From: the human T2T-CHM13v2.0 reference genome, Homo sapiens
NCBI RefSeq assembly: GCF_009914755.1
Contig: NC_060934.1
Length of the DNA: 64,000 nucleotides
Reading direction: 5' to 3' (one strand)
Position numbers and translations under genes: made by a program. A model generated the notes under the pieces. It ran no database searches and was not told the DNA's origin. It saw only the letters and a list, made by a program, of their open reading frames with translations. Of the stretch, positions 58,820-64,000 are shown piece after piece (position 1 is the first letter of the stretch; each line of letters starts with the position of its first letter).

Positions 58820-59790
58820 TGGCTAAAAATGGCAAACTGATCAATGGAAAAAAGTCCAGAAACAAACCCACACACGTTCCTGATCTACAGCAACAACAAT
58901 AATATGAAGCTTTGGTGCTGTGGGGAGCGGAGGACCATCTTAATACATTGCACTAGGTCAAGTGGATATATGTATGAGAAAAACATCATCTAGATTCTCA
59001 TCTCACACCATACACAAAAGTTAATGTCATAAAAATGTGTTATATAAAAGTAAAATATAAAACAATAAAGCTTTTAGAAGCAAACATTAGAGAACAATTC
59101 CATATTCTTAGGGCAAATAAAAAGTTGATACATTGAACTATATAAAAGCCAAGAACTTCTGTTTTTTAAAAGACATTGTTAATAGAGTCAATGAATCTAC
59201 AGTGTGAGGAGCGTTTCCCAGAATAAAGAAAGAACTCAAAAAAAATCAGTAAGGAAAAGGAAACACAACAGAAAAAATGAACAAAAGATTGAAAAGACAC
59301 TTTATCAAAGAATATATCCAAATGGCCAAAATAGTATATTTTAAGAAGACTTCAAGTTAATTAGTTATCAAATTAAAGTCATGCTATACCATTACACATC
59401 CACCAGAATAGATTACGTATGCTGAAACTCTGAAAGGTAGACAGAAGTTAGACTGGTCAGGCATCTTGGGACCCAAGGAACAGCATGATGGTGAATTACC
59501 TGGGTTTTTATTCTCCCTCATATATCCCAGACTTGGAGCTGAAGAAGCTGACCACAGGCCTAAAGAAGCTTGCAACCGACTAAAGAAAGGAAACAGGAGG
59601 GATCCTTGTGATGATAGAAATGTTCTATATCTTGACTCTATCAATGTAAATGTCCTGTGATTTTGTTGTGATGTTGGACCACACTTTACAAATACCGCCA
59701 TCAGGAAAAAACTAGTAAAGGATTTGTGAAGCTTCTATTACTTCTTAAATTCACAGGTGAATATACAGTTAAAATTAGAAAGTTAATTTA
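58820..59790 (+). mobile_element. Old L1M ORF2-end/3' fragments, with an L1MD-like 5'UTR piece at ~59430-59560
   Basis: tctcacaccatacacaaaag; gggacccaaggaacagcatgatggtgaattacctggg...tatatcccagacttggagctgaagaagc. Confidence 0.6.
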
Positions 59791-60290
59791 AAATATTTAT
59801 TCAATGCTTTCTGTGTGCCAAGTACAATTATAGATGCTAGGAAATAAGCAGTGAGCAATGCCAACACCATCTCTTCAAGATGTTTGCAATCTAGTTAGGG
59901 AAACAGACAATAAACAAACAATAAAAATGTCAAGTGGTGAAAATGAAGGAAAAAAAAACAGTAGTGAACATATAGAAAGATAGAGGAGATGATATTTCAC
60001 ATATGGCATTGGGAGTGGTCTTGGCATGGTCAAAGAATAGTAACTAGGCCTTTGTATCCAAAGTGTGGTTAATGAGGTGGAGACTGGTAGGATTTTGAGT
60101 TCCAACATAGTGGGAAGCCAGATCATATAGTGCCTTCACTCATAATAAGGCTCAATTTTAATCTAAGTGTGTGAAAGGTGCTGAGGGAGAGGGATCATGT
60201 ATAATTTTGAATAGGGCATTGCCTTGTTCTGACGTGTTTAAATAAGGTGACTATGGCTGTCTTGTTGAGAACAGACTGATGAGGAGGACG
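59791..60290 (-). mobile_element. L2a fragment
   Basis: aatatttattcaatgctttctgtgtgccaagtac...ctagttagggaaacagacaataaacaa. Confidence 0.8.
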
Positions 60291-60364
60291 TAACCTATTG
60301 ATTTTCAGTTTTGTATTTCATTTGCATTTGGGTTTTGGTTTTGTTTTGTTTTGCTTTCCTTATT

Positions 60365-64000
<3,636 letters not shown>

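Overview
Primate (most likely human) genomic DNA, AT-rich and dominated by interspersed repeats. It lies inside the very large CTNNA3 (alpha-T-catenin) gene, which is transcribed on the minus strand. The only protein-coding sequence I can support is one 93-nt exon at 6428-6520 (-), encoding TPEELEDVSDLEEEHEVRSHTSIQTEGKTDR, the acidic phospho-linker of alpha-catenin. The supplied ORF track does not show this frame. The rest is intron: about 17 Alus, many L1 fragments (MA/MB/MC/ME/PA/PB), L2, MIR, MaLR LTRs (including one full-length THE1 provirus), DNA-transposon fossils (Tigger3, MER20, MER58, MER63) and microsatellites. I see no convincing new gene or biological system. Four observations deserve follow-up: (i) an old L1 inserted into the exon's polypyrimidine tract, with the tract itself as the 15-bp target-site duplication; (ii) a sense-oriented THE1 LTR with a perfect DUX4 motif and a splice donor upstream of the exon; (iii) an AT-rich ~530-bp foldback plus an adjacent direct duplication near 52 kb; (iv) a 24-bp AP-1/E-box/AP-1 palindrome. 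Repeat subfamilies were called by eye from remembered consensus sequences, and boundaries are approximate unless TSDs are given.
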